64,000 nucleotides of DNA, taken from Octopus sinensis. Its lineage: Eukaryota. Each line of letters opens with the position of its first letter. The first letter of the stretch is position 1. The stretch spans positions 55,366,001-55,430,000 of the forward strand of contig NC_043004.1 in the NCBI RefSeq assembly GCF_006345805.1, read 5' to 3'. The position numbers and the translations under genes are program-made. The notes under the pieces were generated by a model, which saw nothing but the letters and a program-made list of their open reading frames with translations, was not told the origin of the DNA and did not search any database. This document shows, piece after piece, positions 13,613 to 27,100 of this stretch.

Positions 13613-16600
13613 CAGTAGTTTTATTTTTATAGCGTGCTTTCACTTCACTACCGAGCGCAGCTCTGTGTGCCTTGGGTATGTGCTGTGATTTGTTGTGATG
13701 CTCTGATGGTTATTGTATGGAAAGTGCTCTGCGTAGATGTGTGCAGTGCCTAGTAGTGCAATTTTCTGTATGATATATGTGTTTGTAAGTCCTGGTGTTT
13801 TTGTTATGTATTTGTCTGAATATTTTTTTATCATGCCTAATGCACCTACTATGATAGGAATTGTTTCTGTTTTCAGATTCCACATTCTAGTTACCTCTAT
13901 TTCCAGGTCTTTGTATTTTGAGAGTTTCTCCATTTCTTTTAGAGACACGTTGTCATCTGCCGGTATTGATACATCAATTAGAAAGAATTTTTTTTCTTCA
14001 TGATCTCTGACAACTATATCTGGTCTGTTGGCCTTAATTTCTCTATCTGTGTGTATCGGCATATCCCAGAGTATGGTTGCTTTCTCGTTTTCTGTGACCT
14101 TTTCTGGTGTGTGCTTATACCATCTTTTTTCTGTTGTTATTCCATAATGTTGGCATAGCTTCCAATGTATATAGGTTCCAACTCTGTCATGTCTGTGAAT
14201 ATATTCCTTCTTAGCCAGGACTGGGCAGCTAGAGATAATATGATTTATTGTTTCTTGTCCATCTCCACATATTCTGCAGTTACTTGTAATATTTCGTTTC
14301 ATTACATGTTTTTGGTAATTTCTGGTGGGGAGGCTTTGGTCTTGTGCTGCAATTAAAAATCCCTCTGTTTCTGCTTTGAGTCCTGAGCTTCTCAACCATT
14401 GCTGGGATTTTTCTTTGTCTATTTCTTTTGCGTTTAGTTTAGTGCAGTATTTACCATGAAGGGGCTTTTCTTGCCATCGTTTTATCATGGATCGTTGCTG
14501 TTCTATTTTTAGTTTGGATTTCATTTGTTTTATAGCTTTTGTTGTTTCTTCATCATCTTCTTCTTCTTCTTTGTGTTTATTAGGTGGTATGATTTCTTGT
14601 TTGTATTTGTCAGCTTCCTTAAATACTGAGAACAGTTTTTTGTTTTGCTCGTGTTTTGCTGCTATCTGGATCAGTTTTCCTTCCTTCTGAAGTAGGTATT
14701 TTTGCAGTCCTATGGTGGTTATTTTATAGTAGTTTTCCAGCTGTATAAGGCCTCTACCACCTTCTATACGTTGTATATATAGTCTTTCTATGTCAGATTT
14801 TGGGTGATGCATCCTAGATCCTGTCAGTATTTTTCTTGTTTTCCTATCTATTTTGGACAGTTCATTTCGTGTCCAGTTAAGGATATTGTAGCTGTAACTT
14901 ATAACTGGGACAGCTAAAGTGTTGATACCTATTATCTTGTTTTTAGCATTGAGCTCTGTTTTTAGTATTGATCTAACTCGTCTATAATATTCTTTTTTTA
15001 TTTTCTCTTTCATTTGTGTGTGTTGTTCATGGATTCCTAAGTATTTGTAAGTTTGGCTTTGGTCTAATTCTTTTATTTCATTGGTTTTATCTAGTGTGAT
15101 GTTGTTACTCTTAACTAGTTTTCCTCTTTTCATGGTTACTTTGGCGCATTTTTCTAATCCAAATTTCATATCTATTTCTTTGGTAAATCCATGAACTGTC
15201 TTTAATAGTGTTTCCAGCTGTTTGTCATTTGCAGCGTATAGTTTTAGGTCATCCATATATAAAAGGTGGCTGATCGTTTTGCCGTAACATTTATATCCGC
15301 ATCCAGTTCTATTTAGCATATCAGATAGAGGTGACAGTGCCAAGCAGAAAAGGAGTGGAGAGAGCGTGTCTCCCTGGAATATTCCTCTTCTAATGGGGAT
15401 GTCTTTGGTTTTCATGAGTCCCTCTTTTGTTTGGAGGTGTAGGACTGTTTGCCATTTATTCATAGAGTGCTCTATGAATTTTATGATTGTTGGTGCTACT
15501 TTGTTAATGGCTAGTGTTTCGAGGATCCATGTGTGGGGGATGCTATCAAACGCCTTTTTGTAGTCAATCCAGGCCATACTGAGGCCTTTCTTCTTTCTGT
15601 GGCTGTCTTCAGTTACGGCTTTATTAATCATTAGTTGATCTTTACAGCCATATGAGCCCTTGCGGCATCCTTTCTGCTCTTCTGGGAACAGTTTTGTTTT
15701 CGTCCAGGTGCTTGTTCAGCCTTTGCGATATCACTGCAGTAAATGCCTTGAACATAGTAGGGAGGCAGGTTATTGGTCTGTAGTTTTCTGGTTTTGTTGT
15801 TTCATTTGATTTGGGAATTAAGATGGTTTTCCCCTTCGTGAGCCATTCAGGCATTGTCTCTGGCTCTGCTAGTATGCTGTTAAAGTTTTCAGCCAGCTTT
15901 TTGTGCATTCCTGTTAGATATTTCAAACAGAAGTTGGGGATCTTGTCATGCCCAGGTGCCTTCCAGTTGCTTAGTTTTTGCAGTGCCTGGGTGACCTCTT
16001 CAGTTGTTATGGGGGTCCAAAGTTGTTCAGATGCCGAGTTTGTTATTTTCATACTCCTTTTTTTTTGGCTGTTCGTTCGCCGACCATATTTCTCTCCAGA
16101 ATTCTTCCAATTCTTCTGCCGTTGGTGCTGCAGTGACTTCTATTTTATTTTTGCCCAGTTCTTGGTAGAACTTTTTGGGGTCGGAGTTGAACTTTTTGTT
16201 CTGTTCAAAGAAGCGTTGGCGTTTCTCGTACCGGGGGATCCTTTGAGCTTTGGCAAGGATATCTTGCTTCAGCTTTTCTTTTATCTCCGGCAAATCTTTT
16301 TCTGTGATGTTATATTTGCGGAGCATTTTTGTTCTCTTTTTGTTGCTCAGTAGCGTTGCTTGTTTGCTGATTTCATTAAGAATCGACAGGTCTTTTCTAA
16401 TTTTTAAAATTTTGTTTTGGATGTTATTTATCCACAGGGTTTGTTTGGGTGGTGGTACTCCTGTTTGGGCGGGTTTGGGTGAGTATCCAGCTTCTTTTGT
16501 GGCTGCAGTGGCTGCTGCGTATATCAAGTCATTTAGTTCAGTGATATCACTTTTTTTTTGTTTCAGTGGCTAGTTCAGTGACGGCTAGGTTTATGTTGTT

Positions 16601-17246
16601 TATAATTGGTGTTGTTATTGCGTTTATTTTTATTCTTGGGAGGTATGGTCGGTGGTCCATTTTGGGCTCTGTGGTTTTCAGTTCTTTGATTATTTTATTT
16701 TTTATATTATCATAATCATTAGGCTCCCCTTCGTTGTTTACATCGTGTTTGTTGGGAATGTTGCGTTTGTCTTCGTGTTTTACAGTTTCAGTGTTTATAT
16801 TATTGGGCATTGTTGTGTGGCTTCTATCTACATTTTCCTGGTGTATTTTTTCTTTTAAATGTTCTATTTCTATTTCTGATATTTTTTTGGCTTTGAGAAT
16901 GTATCTTCGTACGTTAGCTAATTTATTAGGGTTCATTGCTGTATCCAAGTCTATATCTCTATTATTTTCCTTCCATATTTTATATGTATGTGTTGTTGTA
17001 TTTTCATTTTGTGGGTAGAGCATTGCTGTGAAGTATGCGTGTAAGATAGAAATGTATTCCTCACGTGTCCATTTACGTCTTTTGGGTTTTATTTGCGGGA
17101 CATGAGGTACAACGTCCGGCCCATTATTTTGACGGTCGTCATTTTCGTAGGGTACCGGTCCGTTTATTTCTGTTGTCACATTATTTCGCACGTGTAGTTT
17201 TTCGTACATTTTTTGTTGTAGGTTTAATGTACGTACCGCTCGATTG

Positions 17247-17248
<2 letters not shown>
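13613..17248 (-). mobile_element. R4/Dong-type retrotransposon family 1, near full length, frameshifted
   Basis: ORFs 16547-17209 (KRRKWTREE), 16027-16527, 15642-16052 (KAPGHDKI, NYRPITCL) and 13640-15631 (RT GIFQGDTLSPLLF, LYMDDLK; CRICG, RHD, RPDIV); both ends in (TAA)n. Confidence 0.95.
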
Positions 17249-17327
<79 letters not shown>

Positions 17328-17332
17328 TATTA

Positions 17333-17375
<43 letters not shown>

Positions 17376-17377
17376 TT

Positions 17378-20300
17378 ATGTTTGACTTTTGCTTTGCATT
17401 TGTACAAGTTGGCTCCAAGTTTCACCCAGAGACCTCAGTAAACAACAAGTTAGAAGTTCATGTTTTATGCCTAGGGTGACATATATTTGGTCTTGTACAT
17501 AGTGTTGTCTAGAAAATGATGTGCTTGTTTTAAAATTTGAGATTCCATAGACAGTATTTTACGTAGGATATGGGCAGTTCCCATGAGTACTATCTTTTGA
17601 ATTTCTGCCATTTTGGAGTTTCCTATTATTTTGGAGTTTCCTTTTGCTATCATTCCTAGGGCACCTATGGCAACAGATATTATTTTAATGTTCAGGTTCC
17701 ACAATTTGCTAATTTCTATTTCAAGATCTTTATATTTGCTCAGGTTTTGGTAGGTCTTGACAGATACGTTTATATAGATTGGGACAGTCATATCAATGAG
17801 GAGACAGGATCGAAGTCTTTCAATACGATGTCTGGCCTATTTGCATCTATCTTTCTGTCAGTTTGAATTGTGAAATTCTAGAGGAGTGAGATATGATGTT
17901 TTTTCAAGTACTGGGGGTGGTTTGTGTTCCCACCAGGTTTTATTATGGGGCAAGTCCAGGTTTTGGCAAATTACCCAGTGAATATATTGTGCAGCTCTAT
18001 CATGCCTGTTGAGATACTCTGTAGACGCATGAAAACGGCACATGGAGACAACATAATCAATGATTTCACTTTGTTATTGACATACACGACATATTGGGGA
18101 GCTGCCTTTCTTTAATATGTTGGCCTGGTAGTTCCTAGTAGGTAGACATTGATCTTAGGCTGCTATGATAAACCCTTCTCTTTCTGATTTTAAGCCAGAA
18201 GCCAGAAGCCATTGATGGGTCAGGACTCTGTCAACATCGGCATTATTAGTTCTCTTTGGGTATTTGCCATTGAAGGGTTTTTCTTGCCATTTATCATTCA
18301 GAATATCTAAGGCAGTAGTTTAAGCACGGGTTTTCATGTGATTAGCTTTTTCTGCGCTTGTTTCTAGTAGTCTAATTCTGGAATTTGTTGTATTCGGAAT
18401 TAGATATTCCTTTTCTTGTTTTGTTACTGAGTATCATACTTTCTTGTTTTCATGTTTTGAGACAAGTTTTAACATCCACTTCTCAGAGTTTTTCAGGTAG
18501 GTGTCTAAGCCAGTTGTGGCAATCTTCATTGTTAATGCTAGTTGTAAAAGTCCACAGCCTCCTTATTTTCTTGGCAGATAAAGTTGTTCTATATCTGCCT
18601 TAGGGTGGTGCATTCTATGCATTGTCAACAGCTTTCGTATTTTTCTGTCAAGGTTACATATTTCAGTAATTGACCAGTTAATGATATTGAAACTGTAAGT
18701 CACGACTGCTATGGCTAAAGTATTGATTGCTTCGATCCTCTTTCTTGCATTCAGATCTGTCTTCAGTACTGCCCTCACCCTGCGATAACATTCTCTGCTG
18801 ATCCTTTCCCTCATCACTGCATGTTTGATTCCATCCCCTTCAATTACTCCTAGGTATTTGTAGCTCTCTGTTGGTTCTAATTCATTCTGCTGATCAGGGT
18901 TATCGTTAGATGTTTCTGTCAATTTTCCTTTGATAAAGGTAGCTTTTGCACATTTATCGAGGCCAAATTGTATCCTGATTTCATCACTGAATTATTTAAC
19001 AATCGCGAAAAAGCCTTTGAGTTGTTGATCCTGTTTTTGCAAATAGCTTAAAATCGTCCATGAAAATGAGATGATTTATATTCTTATCAAACATTTTGTA
19101 ACCGTACTGTGCATCACTGAGAATTTTGAGAGAAGTAATAAGGCTATACAAAAGTGGAGTGGTGATAGTGAGTCACCATGGAAAATGCCACATGAAATTC
19201 TTATCTCTCTAGCATTTAGGGATTCAATGTCACTGTTCAAAGTCAGAGTGGTTCTCCATGATCTCTTACAGAAAAAAAGTTTCGCAGAGTAGGAACTATT
19301 TTATACATTTCCAGACATTTCTTAATCCAGCTATATGGTAGGCTATCAAAAGCTTCTTTTATAGTCTATCCAGGCTATTGACAAGTTTTTGTGTCGTTTG
19401 TGACAATCTTCTAAGATCATCTTATTGATGTGTAACTGATCTTTACAACCATAAGATCCACGTTTACATCCTTTTTGCTCATTAGGGAATATGCTACTTT
19501 CTATGGTATTAAAAATAAACTATGGGTATGTTCAGTCAGGACAGATGTTAGCGTTTTATACATTGCTGTTAAGCAGGTCGATAATTGTTTGGTTCATTTG
19601 TTTCTTCATTTTTTGGAAGTAGGAATTAACTAGCCAAGCGGGGATCATACTAGGATGTTGCAAAACATCGTTGTAAAGTTTTGTTAGTAGTTCATGGCTA
19701 TCTGGGAAGGCATTCAACCAGAAGCTAGGAATTTATACTTTCCTGGCGACTTCCATTTGTTTGACCTCCTGAGAACTGATCTTATATCTTCTACCTTGAC
19801 ACCCTTCCACTTTTGCTCCTCTAAGAATCTAACACGCTTTTCATACCTTGCTATGCGGGAAGCTTTAGCACATATCTTTTGCATGATGGTTTCTATGGTG
19901 GTATCAATGTCAAATATGGTTTTCATATTCAATTTTTTTTTAATTTTCGGGGTTTTTGTAGGTTTGATAGTCTTCTTAAACTTAGGTTTTCAAACATTCT
20001 ATGTCGGACCTAAGTAGCTTAATTTGGTGTTGAATACGTTCTTGCCAAGAAGGCTTTTTGTGGGAATGTTGTCATTTTTTAATCTTTTTACCACATAGAA
20101 CTGTTGGAATTTTCGCGGATGCATAGTACGGGTGGTTGAGATCTGTAATATCAACATCGTTAGTTGAAACTATATCCTTAAATGCAAGGCAGATTCTACT
20201 AATTATTTTCAGGTTTTGGTCAGAATTGCGAACTTTTGGGAGAGTATCGCGTTCATTCATACTGGTTTCTTTAATTTTCAGCCATTCAGTCATGATTTGA

Positions 20301-20975
20301 CTTTTTAGATCATGTAGTTCTGTTGGGTCAATTTCTGTGTGACTTTCTTCACCTATTTGATTTTCATCTGCCTTAGTGTTTATAGTTGGTTCAGAGAGAA
20401 TTTCACTTTGCTTATTAGTTATATTAACTCTTTCAATCATTACTGCATTTTCATCAGCCCTGGGCTGGTCTGTAATTATTTCCTCTGTAGTATCTTCTTT
20501 AGCTGCAGATTCACTCTTTTTATCCCTTGCTGCTTGTTTAATTTGGTCAATTTCTACTTGAGTTAGCAGACGTTGGCAAGTTTTACTACTGTCTATGTAG
20601 GGTCTTACTTCAAGGTGTTTCTGTCTCTGGTTTAAGTAGGTTTGTACAGTATTAGACTTATTTATGGGGTAATATATGGCATGATAGAAGGCCGTAAGAA
20701 CTACTTTATTATCTTCCCTAGACCACTTTTCATTCTTTTACTTTTGGTTGTTTGATGGTGGACGGCCATCTTTTAGAATATTCCGGTTGTGGGGTATTTC
20801 CAGCTCCTGTGTATCGGAAAGATTTGAACCAGTAGCTGATTTCTCGAATCGAATCTGGTTCTTCATTCGAGTACGTGGCCTTTTGTAATCCGGTCGATGA
20901 GCATTCTAGTTTGTATTTTGCTTTAACAGTGAGGCATGACGAGTTTCGATGTTGACATTAGGGGACGGGTCAGTC
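17378..20975 (-). mobile_element. R4/Dong-type retrotransposon family 2, decayed with internal deletions
   Basis: ORF fragments 17471-17791, 17858-18043, 18563-18922, 19714-19932 and 20072-20440 match the 12241-13416 family and the R4 N-terminal region. Confidence 0.85.
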
Positions 20976-21169
20976 TATTTAGGGCTAATTTTTTGAGACA
21001 ACACCGCCTCCGAGTTCTCTGCATGTAAACATTGCTCATAACGTAGCTTCTTAAGGCTAACAGATCTATATTGAGTACGTGGCCCTTTGTGATACGGTCG
21101 ACTACTAATCTGGTTTCTAATTTGCTTTGTTGTCATTGAGGCATGACGAGCTTCGACGTTGGCACCATT

Positions 21170-21229
21170 AATAAAATAATAATAATAATAGTAGTAGTAG
21201 TAGTAGTAGTAGTAATAATAATAATAATG

Positions 21230-21285
<56 letters not shown>

Positions 21286-21470
21286 AATAATAATAATGAT
21301 AATGATAATAATAATAATGATAATAATAATAATGATAATAATAATAATAATGATAATGATAATAATAATAATGATAATAATAATAATGATAATAATAATA
21401 ATAATGATAATGATAATAATAATAATGATAATAATAATAATGATAATAATAATAATAATAATAATAATAA
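21170..21470. repeat. Long compound (TAA/TGA/TAG)n microsatellite, representative of many in the window
   Basis: Direct reading. Other large tracts: (TA)n 4990-5230, 41005-41320, 43170-43540; (GAA)n 59299-59437; (CTAT)n 57406-57510; degenerate TG/TA 63020-63530. Confidence 0.95.
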
Positions 21471-22025
21471 ATGCCCTGATGCAGTACCAGGCAGTGGCTC
21501 TCATGGCTTCTGATCTTAACTGATTGGAAGTGTTATCATGTACATTGTTTTGTCTTGGTATAAAAGATGGGCTACAGCAAATATTCTGCTCAATACCACA
21601 GATTTGCTTGTCAGTTGTTTGACCGTAACCAGTTGAGCATGTCCCTTAGTGGCTGACGATATGTGCATCTCTGATCACGAGCAGAAGTAGTGGGGGAGCA
21701 TCATAGCCATGTGTTGAGAGGGATTCTTTGGGGTTTGAATAATTCACCTCTGGAAACATGGGTGGTTCTTTCAACATCCTTAAACAACCCTTATTCAGGG
21801 ACCTTTTGAGCGGATGGGCTACTCAACCTGAAGAAAATTCTAACTGGGCCCCACCTGCAAGGTCATGTGCTGTTTATCTTGATATGAGATCACCATGTCG
21901 CGCACATATGGTTGTGATGCATGTGCCTGGTGTACCTTTATCAGACGGGTAGTCATGATGGGTATATTGGGCTTCGTATATTTTACCCCAGTGTCACTTT
22001 GATGGCATGCACTGCTCTCTCACTC
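21470..22025. repeat. ~555-bp (TAA)n-flanked repeat, opposite orientation
   Basis: Reverse complement of 10894-11451; ORF 21758-21952 equals the ORF 11546-11740 peptide. Confidence 0.9.
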
Positions 22026-22047
22026 AATAATAATAATAGTAGTAATG

Positions 22048-22103
<56 letters not shown>

Positions 22104-22199
22104 TTATTCCTTCGTAACACAGTCTAGGTAAAAATGCACCGGAATCTTTCGTCATCTGTCAAGCCACAAGGACTTCAGTTCGATAATACTTTCCTTAAG

Positions 22200-23420
22200 A
22201 TGTGCGCTGATTTTTCACGACATCAATCTTGCATTGGATTTCCAGTTGCCTTAAGAAGTTTTGAAGTTTCAATCACCAATGGCATCACTTTTACATAACC
22301 CTTTCGCATTCCGTACAGTCTTGCCATTTGCACTTTCAATTCGGAGAACTTGGTGATTTTTTCAACCTCTTTATTCATAACATTCATGTCATTCGGTATG
22401 GCTATATCAATGATCTGACAGTATTTGTCTCTCTTATTCAATATGACAATATTCAGTCGAGGATTTTCGATTGCACGATCCGTCTGAAAATCATATTTCC
22501 AGAGTGCTGTTACTTTTCCATCCTCCTGCATAACTTTACTTGGTACATGCTCATACCAGTTCTCTGTTACTTCATTTTGGGATGTACAGCATAAGAGCAA
22601 ATGAAGACACATACACATTTTATCGTGGCGGGGCTTGTATTCTTTTTGTGCAAGACTCTCATATCCATTTACCAAGTGGGTCACAGTTTCCACACTCTTT
22701 CCACAGAGTCTGCATTACTGGGTGTCAGAAGTTTTATAGATGTTATGCTTCACTGAATTGGCAGCGAGAGCCTCGTCTTGTGCAGCAATGATCAGGCTTT
22801 CGGTTGTACGCTTGAAATCATCTCACTCAAGCCAGACCCACAATATCTTATTATCTTTAACAGGCGGCGAGCTGGCAGAAACGTTAGCACGCTGGACGAA
22901 ATGCTTTGCGATGTTTCGTCTGCCGCTGTGTTCTGAGTTCAAATTCCGCCGAGGTCGACTTTGCCTTTCATCCTTTCGGGGTCGATAAATTAAGTACCAG
23001 TTACGCACTGGGGTCGAATGTAATCGACTTAATCCCTTTGTCTGTCGTTTTTGTCCCCTCTGTGTTTAGCCCCTTGTGGGTAGTAAAGAAATATATATAC
23101 TTAACGTCTTGTGTATTCCTTTCAAACTGTCCATGCATTCTCATTTCAAGAAGTTCTTTTCTCTTTTCCTCAGCTCTTTGGTTAAACTCTTCCTTGCCCA
23201 TCATTTCATTTGCATTTACACCCATATCTTTCCCAGCATATTGCAGCACATCTTCATCACTATTTATCAAATACTCGGCAAGCGTTCTCCTTTCACTCCT
23301 TATACAATAGTCTATACTAATTAGTCTTCTTTCTGTTTATATACAGTCTGTTTACGTTTGCCTTAGAGTGTAGTGCCCCATGCAGTGTCATCAACCTTTT
23401 CGTCCTTCTATCCAGTGTTG
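22200..23420 (-). mobile_element. Old R4-type RLE retrotransposon fragment interrupted by a SINE
   Basis: ORF 22223-22693 has RHD, PRLNIVI and QIIDIAIP motifs; ORF 23001-23270 has HGQFER. Confidence 0.75.
22863..23088 (+). mobile_element. tRNA-derived SINE (copies also at 31745-31980, 33950-34110 and 34640-34855)
   Basis: ggcgagctggcagaa A-box-like, gagttcaaattcc B-box-like, shared core ggggtcgataaattaagtacc; ORFs 22823-23008 and 31857-32087 are repeat read-throughs. Confidence 0.8.
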
Positions 23421-24221
23421 ATATTTCCTCATCAGTCCATCTGAAGGCGGTAAGCTAGCAGAATCGTTAGCACGCCTGGCAAAATTCTTTGCGGATTTTC
23501 GCCTGTCTTTACGTTCTGAGTTAACCTTAATGATTTTCCTGTATAAACTACTAAGTAGGATAAGCGAATCATTCTTTGGCTGAAGCTAGGCAGGAAATCA
23601 TGAAGTAACACATAATGTCGATTCTTGGAATGTTATTTTAAAAATGTTTAATTTGTATATATTCATCTGATAAAAACGTTTCATTTCGCATGATGTAATA
23701 ACTCTATTCATAAATAAAAGACTCGTTTGAAACAACTATAGTGAATGAACTAATATCCATCGGTTGTTATACACGTATAGATATATGTGGCCAAGTGGTT
23801 AGACTGTTCAGCTCACGATCACGAGGCTATGGGTTCAATTCTTGGGTAGTGAATTGTGTTACAGTAAGGCACTGTATTTCACATTGCTTAAGTTTTCTAA
23901 TCGCAAAGAACCCTAACCGAGAGGCCGCGCAGCTCTCTATCTCCAACCACTTGTTACGTTCTGGATATTACGCTGATTCAATGGTAGTTGTATTACGTTT
24001 CACTTGAAATAACAGTCAAATCACCTTCAAATCACCTTCTGTCTTAAAAAAGAAACGTTACATTTAATAATGTAATACTAAATATGTTATATCTGAATGA
24101 AGGAAAGGCGGGACACGACTAGAATGTGTATCATTAAAGGTCTATTGTATTAGGGCTGAACTGGTACTAAAAAACCATAACGCAAAAGTAAAGAAAATTG
24201 AAAAGAGAATACGTGACTTAC

Positions 24222-24365
24222 TTTCACCGACAAGAAAGTCTCTGAAATGGACACACAATTTAAAACCCATTTCATTCTCTAGGGTGGGAAACAGTGTGTT
24301 AAATACCCAATATTCATCCGATGTTGCAGAACGGAACGAGATGAAAGCGTCATACTCTTTACCAT
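24222..24365 (-). CDS. EGF-TM-TIR receptor, coding exon 3 (TIR box 1 and box 2)
   Basis: Acceptor tttcAG at 24366-24367, donor GTAAGT at 24221. 144 nt encoding (D)GKEYDAFISFRSATSDEYWVFNTLFPTLENEMGFKLCVHFRDFLVGE; phases match both neighbours. Confidence 0.92.
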
Positions 24366-24771
24366 CTGAAATATATACATGTATAGTATAATCTACCAAC
24401 GAGCAATAAAAATAAGAATCGACACTACCCAATGTCAGTAATACAAATCAAAGAAAACAGTGACAACGAACGGAGAGAGAACAAAAACATGTTTAAAGAA
24501 ATGATATAAACGGGATTTCATCACTTTAAGGCAGTGTCCCAAATTCCCACGATGTCAAACAACATTAGAATTATTATCTGACGTGGTTTGGGAATATACA
24601 AGCATGTTTATATCCAGTTCATGTTTACTTATGAACATATATGTTTTGTCTATGCCAACACACACACGCACCCCCCGCACACACACACATACACACACAC
24701 ACACACACACACATACACACACACAAACACACACACAAACACACACGCACACACACACACACACACACACC

Positions 24772-24990
24772 AACGAGGATGTCTGAAAAGTTCCTGGCTT
24801 TGGGTAAAGGAAAATATAGGAAAATCAGTTTAATTATGATTTTATTCAACATATTTCCCTCTCAGATTTACAAACTTATTGCAGCGGTCCTTCAGTTTAT
24901 CTAAGCTCAGTAAAAGAACTCGGAAGATTGGACCCTCGACCAGGCTTTTTGCGACACCCTTAAAGTCAGAAACTTTTCGGCACAACCCCC
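24772..24990. mobile_element. Mariner-like terminal fragment; similar piece at 27176-27370
   Basis: acgaggatgtctgaaaagttcctggctttggg...ttttattcaacatatt.ccctctcagat resembles mariner ends; the two pieces are similar to each other. Confidence 0.55.
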
Positions 24991-25919
24991 CCCCCCCACA
25001 CACACGCACATACAGGCGCAGTATAACGACATTCCGTCTTTGATGAACATTACAAAAAAAAAAAAAACTATGATGCACTATGTAACTAAAAAGAATAAAA
25101 AATAACAACAAAAGTAGACGATGGAGAGAGACGGATCAGAATATTTAGCATATTTGGGAACTTCCCTCGTTAGTTGCCAATCGGATATCACTGTGATATC
25201 GACACCTTAAAGCAGATCACTGCTTCCGATGATGGCAAACAATATTGAAGATATGGTGTAATGCTATTTGGAAATATACGGACATATTTGATCCCAGAAT
25301 ACAAATTACAAATGTATGAATTGTAAACAGTAATATACAAGACGATAATTAACACTTTATCAACCAAGCCCATTTTTGCGTTATTTGTGTGATGAGTAAT
25401 TGGTGACTCCCTTAGTAGGCAAAGTGAGAAAGCACCTATAATTAAATACTAATAAATACATACGAAACATAACTTGGTCTAAAAATGATGAAGCATTAAA
25501 GTAGTGAAAGAAAAAGAATGTGCTAGATAATCAGTGTTCAGTTGCCAATCATATTACGAGAGACTCCAGTTTTGCTCCGCGAACTCCCTCAAGAAATCCT
25601 ATGATAAAATATGAGTATTTATTGAATTGGGACTCGTTGAGGATGGTAGGTACCGAAACTGGAGTGCTAATCATTAGCTAATGAAGAGTGATAAAAGGTG
25701 TAAAAAGAAGAACTAAAGACTGAAACAATCTTGAGTTAAAACACACTCAAATTAACTTCGGGAGTAACGGTTAATACAACCCAAGTATACACCCTATTAC
25801 TAGTCTCCTTTAACCAAACGTAGTTCTAATTTTACCAATATTCGTTATCTATCTTAAACTTTTAGTCTTACCACTAGCCTGTTCATCAGTCTCAACTTTG
25901 TTCGACTCACAATGGAGGA

Positions 25920-26320
25920 ATTGGTTGAGGCAAATTCTGTACAGTTTGTACATAATGTTTAGGCAAACAATGGGCCCGTCGTTTCATGCTATCTCGGTGA
26001 TTTCATTTTTGGCAACAAGATTTGTCCCTGCTGTATCAAGCCAACTTAGCATATCAGTCTGACCTTCCATAATCCTTTTGAACATACGTATCAACTGGTT
26101 TCTATAAAATGTCAGCGTCTTGTACCAATATCCAAATATTAGGTCCCTTCCAGGTGCCTTCCCACTCTGCAGTTTGCCTACTGATATAGCGAAGGTTTCT
26201 ACATCAATCTTGTATGTCTTACTGTTAGTGTTGGTACACTATTCTCTCTCAATTTTAATTAATCATGATGCATTCAGGTTGAAATCCCACTTTTTGTACC
26301 AAATTTTTGACCAGAATGAT
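25920..26320 (-). mobile_element. Decayed RLE-type non-LTR RT N-terminal fragment
   Basis: Manual translation LQSGKAPGRDLIFGYWYKTL...WLDTAGTNLVAK...GPIVCLNIMYKLY. Confidence 0.7.
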
Positions 26321-26879
26321 TGCAGATTTTCTTCGGAGGGGTTTTCTTAATGGCAATAATACATTTATGTATATATATATATATATATATGTATGTGTAT
26401 ACGTATTCACACACACACACGCACACACGCACACGCACACACACCACACACAAACACACACACACGTATATATATAGGAGAGTATTGTAGTTCGCTTGAA
26501 GCATTGTATATTGTTTGTAAAGAATAATGTTTTGAATGGCACAACAATGCATTATATTAACAACAATGGACTATAATAACTTATAATTCAATCATCAAGA
26601 GTATTATATATCTGAATATAAAAATTGCTATAATCGGTCTTCCAACGGTTTTTTTTCTGGAAGCGTCTCTGCAGCGGTCTCACGAAGTTCCTTCCGGAAT
26701 TCTTCACGAGAAATGCGCGTGGGCGGCCTTTTCCCAAGCTCGTATGTGCTGGCACATCCGTAGCGCAGCTTCTAAGTTATGTATTATACGTGAAATTTCC
26801 TTTTATTTATCACCTTTTTTTTTATATAAAGAATACATGAGCATGCTATCAAAAATGAACCTACATGTATCCAGATGTA

Positions 26880-27100
26880 GCTAAATAATATTTTGACTAC
26901 CAACTTCCAGCCTGTTGTTAATTTGGGGCTCTAGTCTGTCTATGAGGATAGCTTCCCTTATTCTTAGATTACCCAAATTTCTTTTATTGGCTTCAGTTGT
27001 GACTGTTCTGCCTTTGTCGGTGTTCCAGCATCTGTCTAGATGTTTTCTGAAGGAGGAGGCTCTCGTGTTCAGATGTAATGAAAATAACAAAAAGCACAAC
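26880..27100 (-). mobile_element. Penelope GIY-YIG endonuclease C-terminal remnant
   Basis: ORF 26881-27099: SSFRKHL...LRIREAILIDRLEPQIN. Confidence 0.65.

Noticed and set aside
24142-24221. C-terminal hydrophobic tail of ORF 24142-24432 (ILFSIFFTFALWFF) as a second TM helix
   Set aside because: It lies past a consensus GTAAGT donor whose use restores a continuous TIR, so it is intron read-through unless intron retention is shown.
26660-26720. GTGAAGA-TTCC/GGAA-GAGAC on the minus strand near a GIY-YIG remnant
   Set aside because: Both core halves are mutated and no stem I was found.
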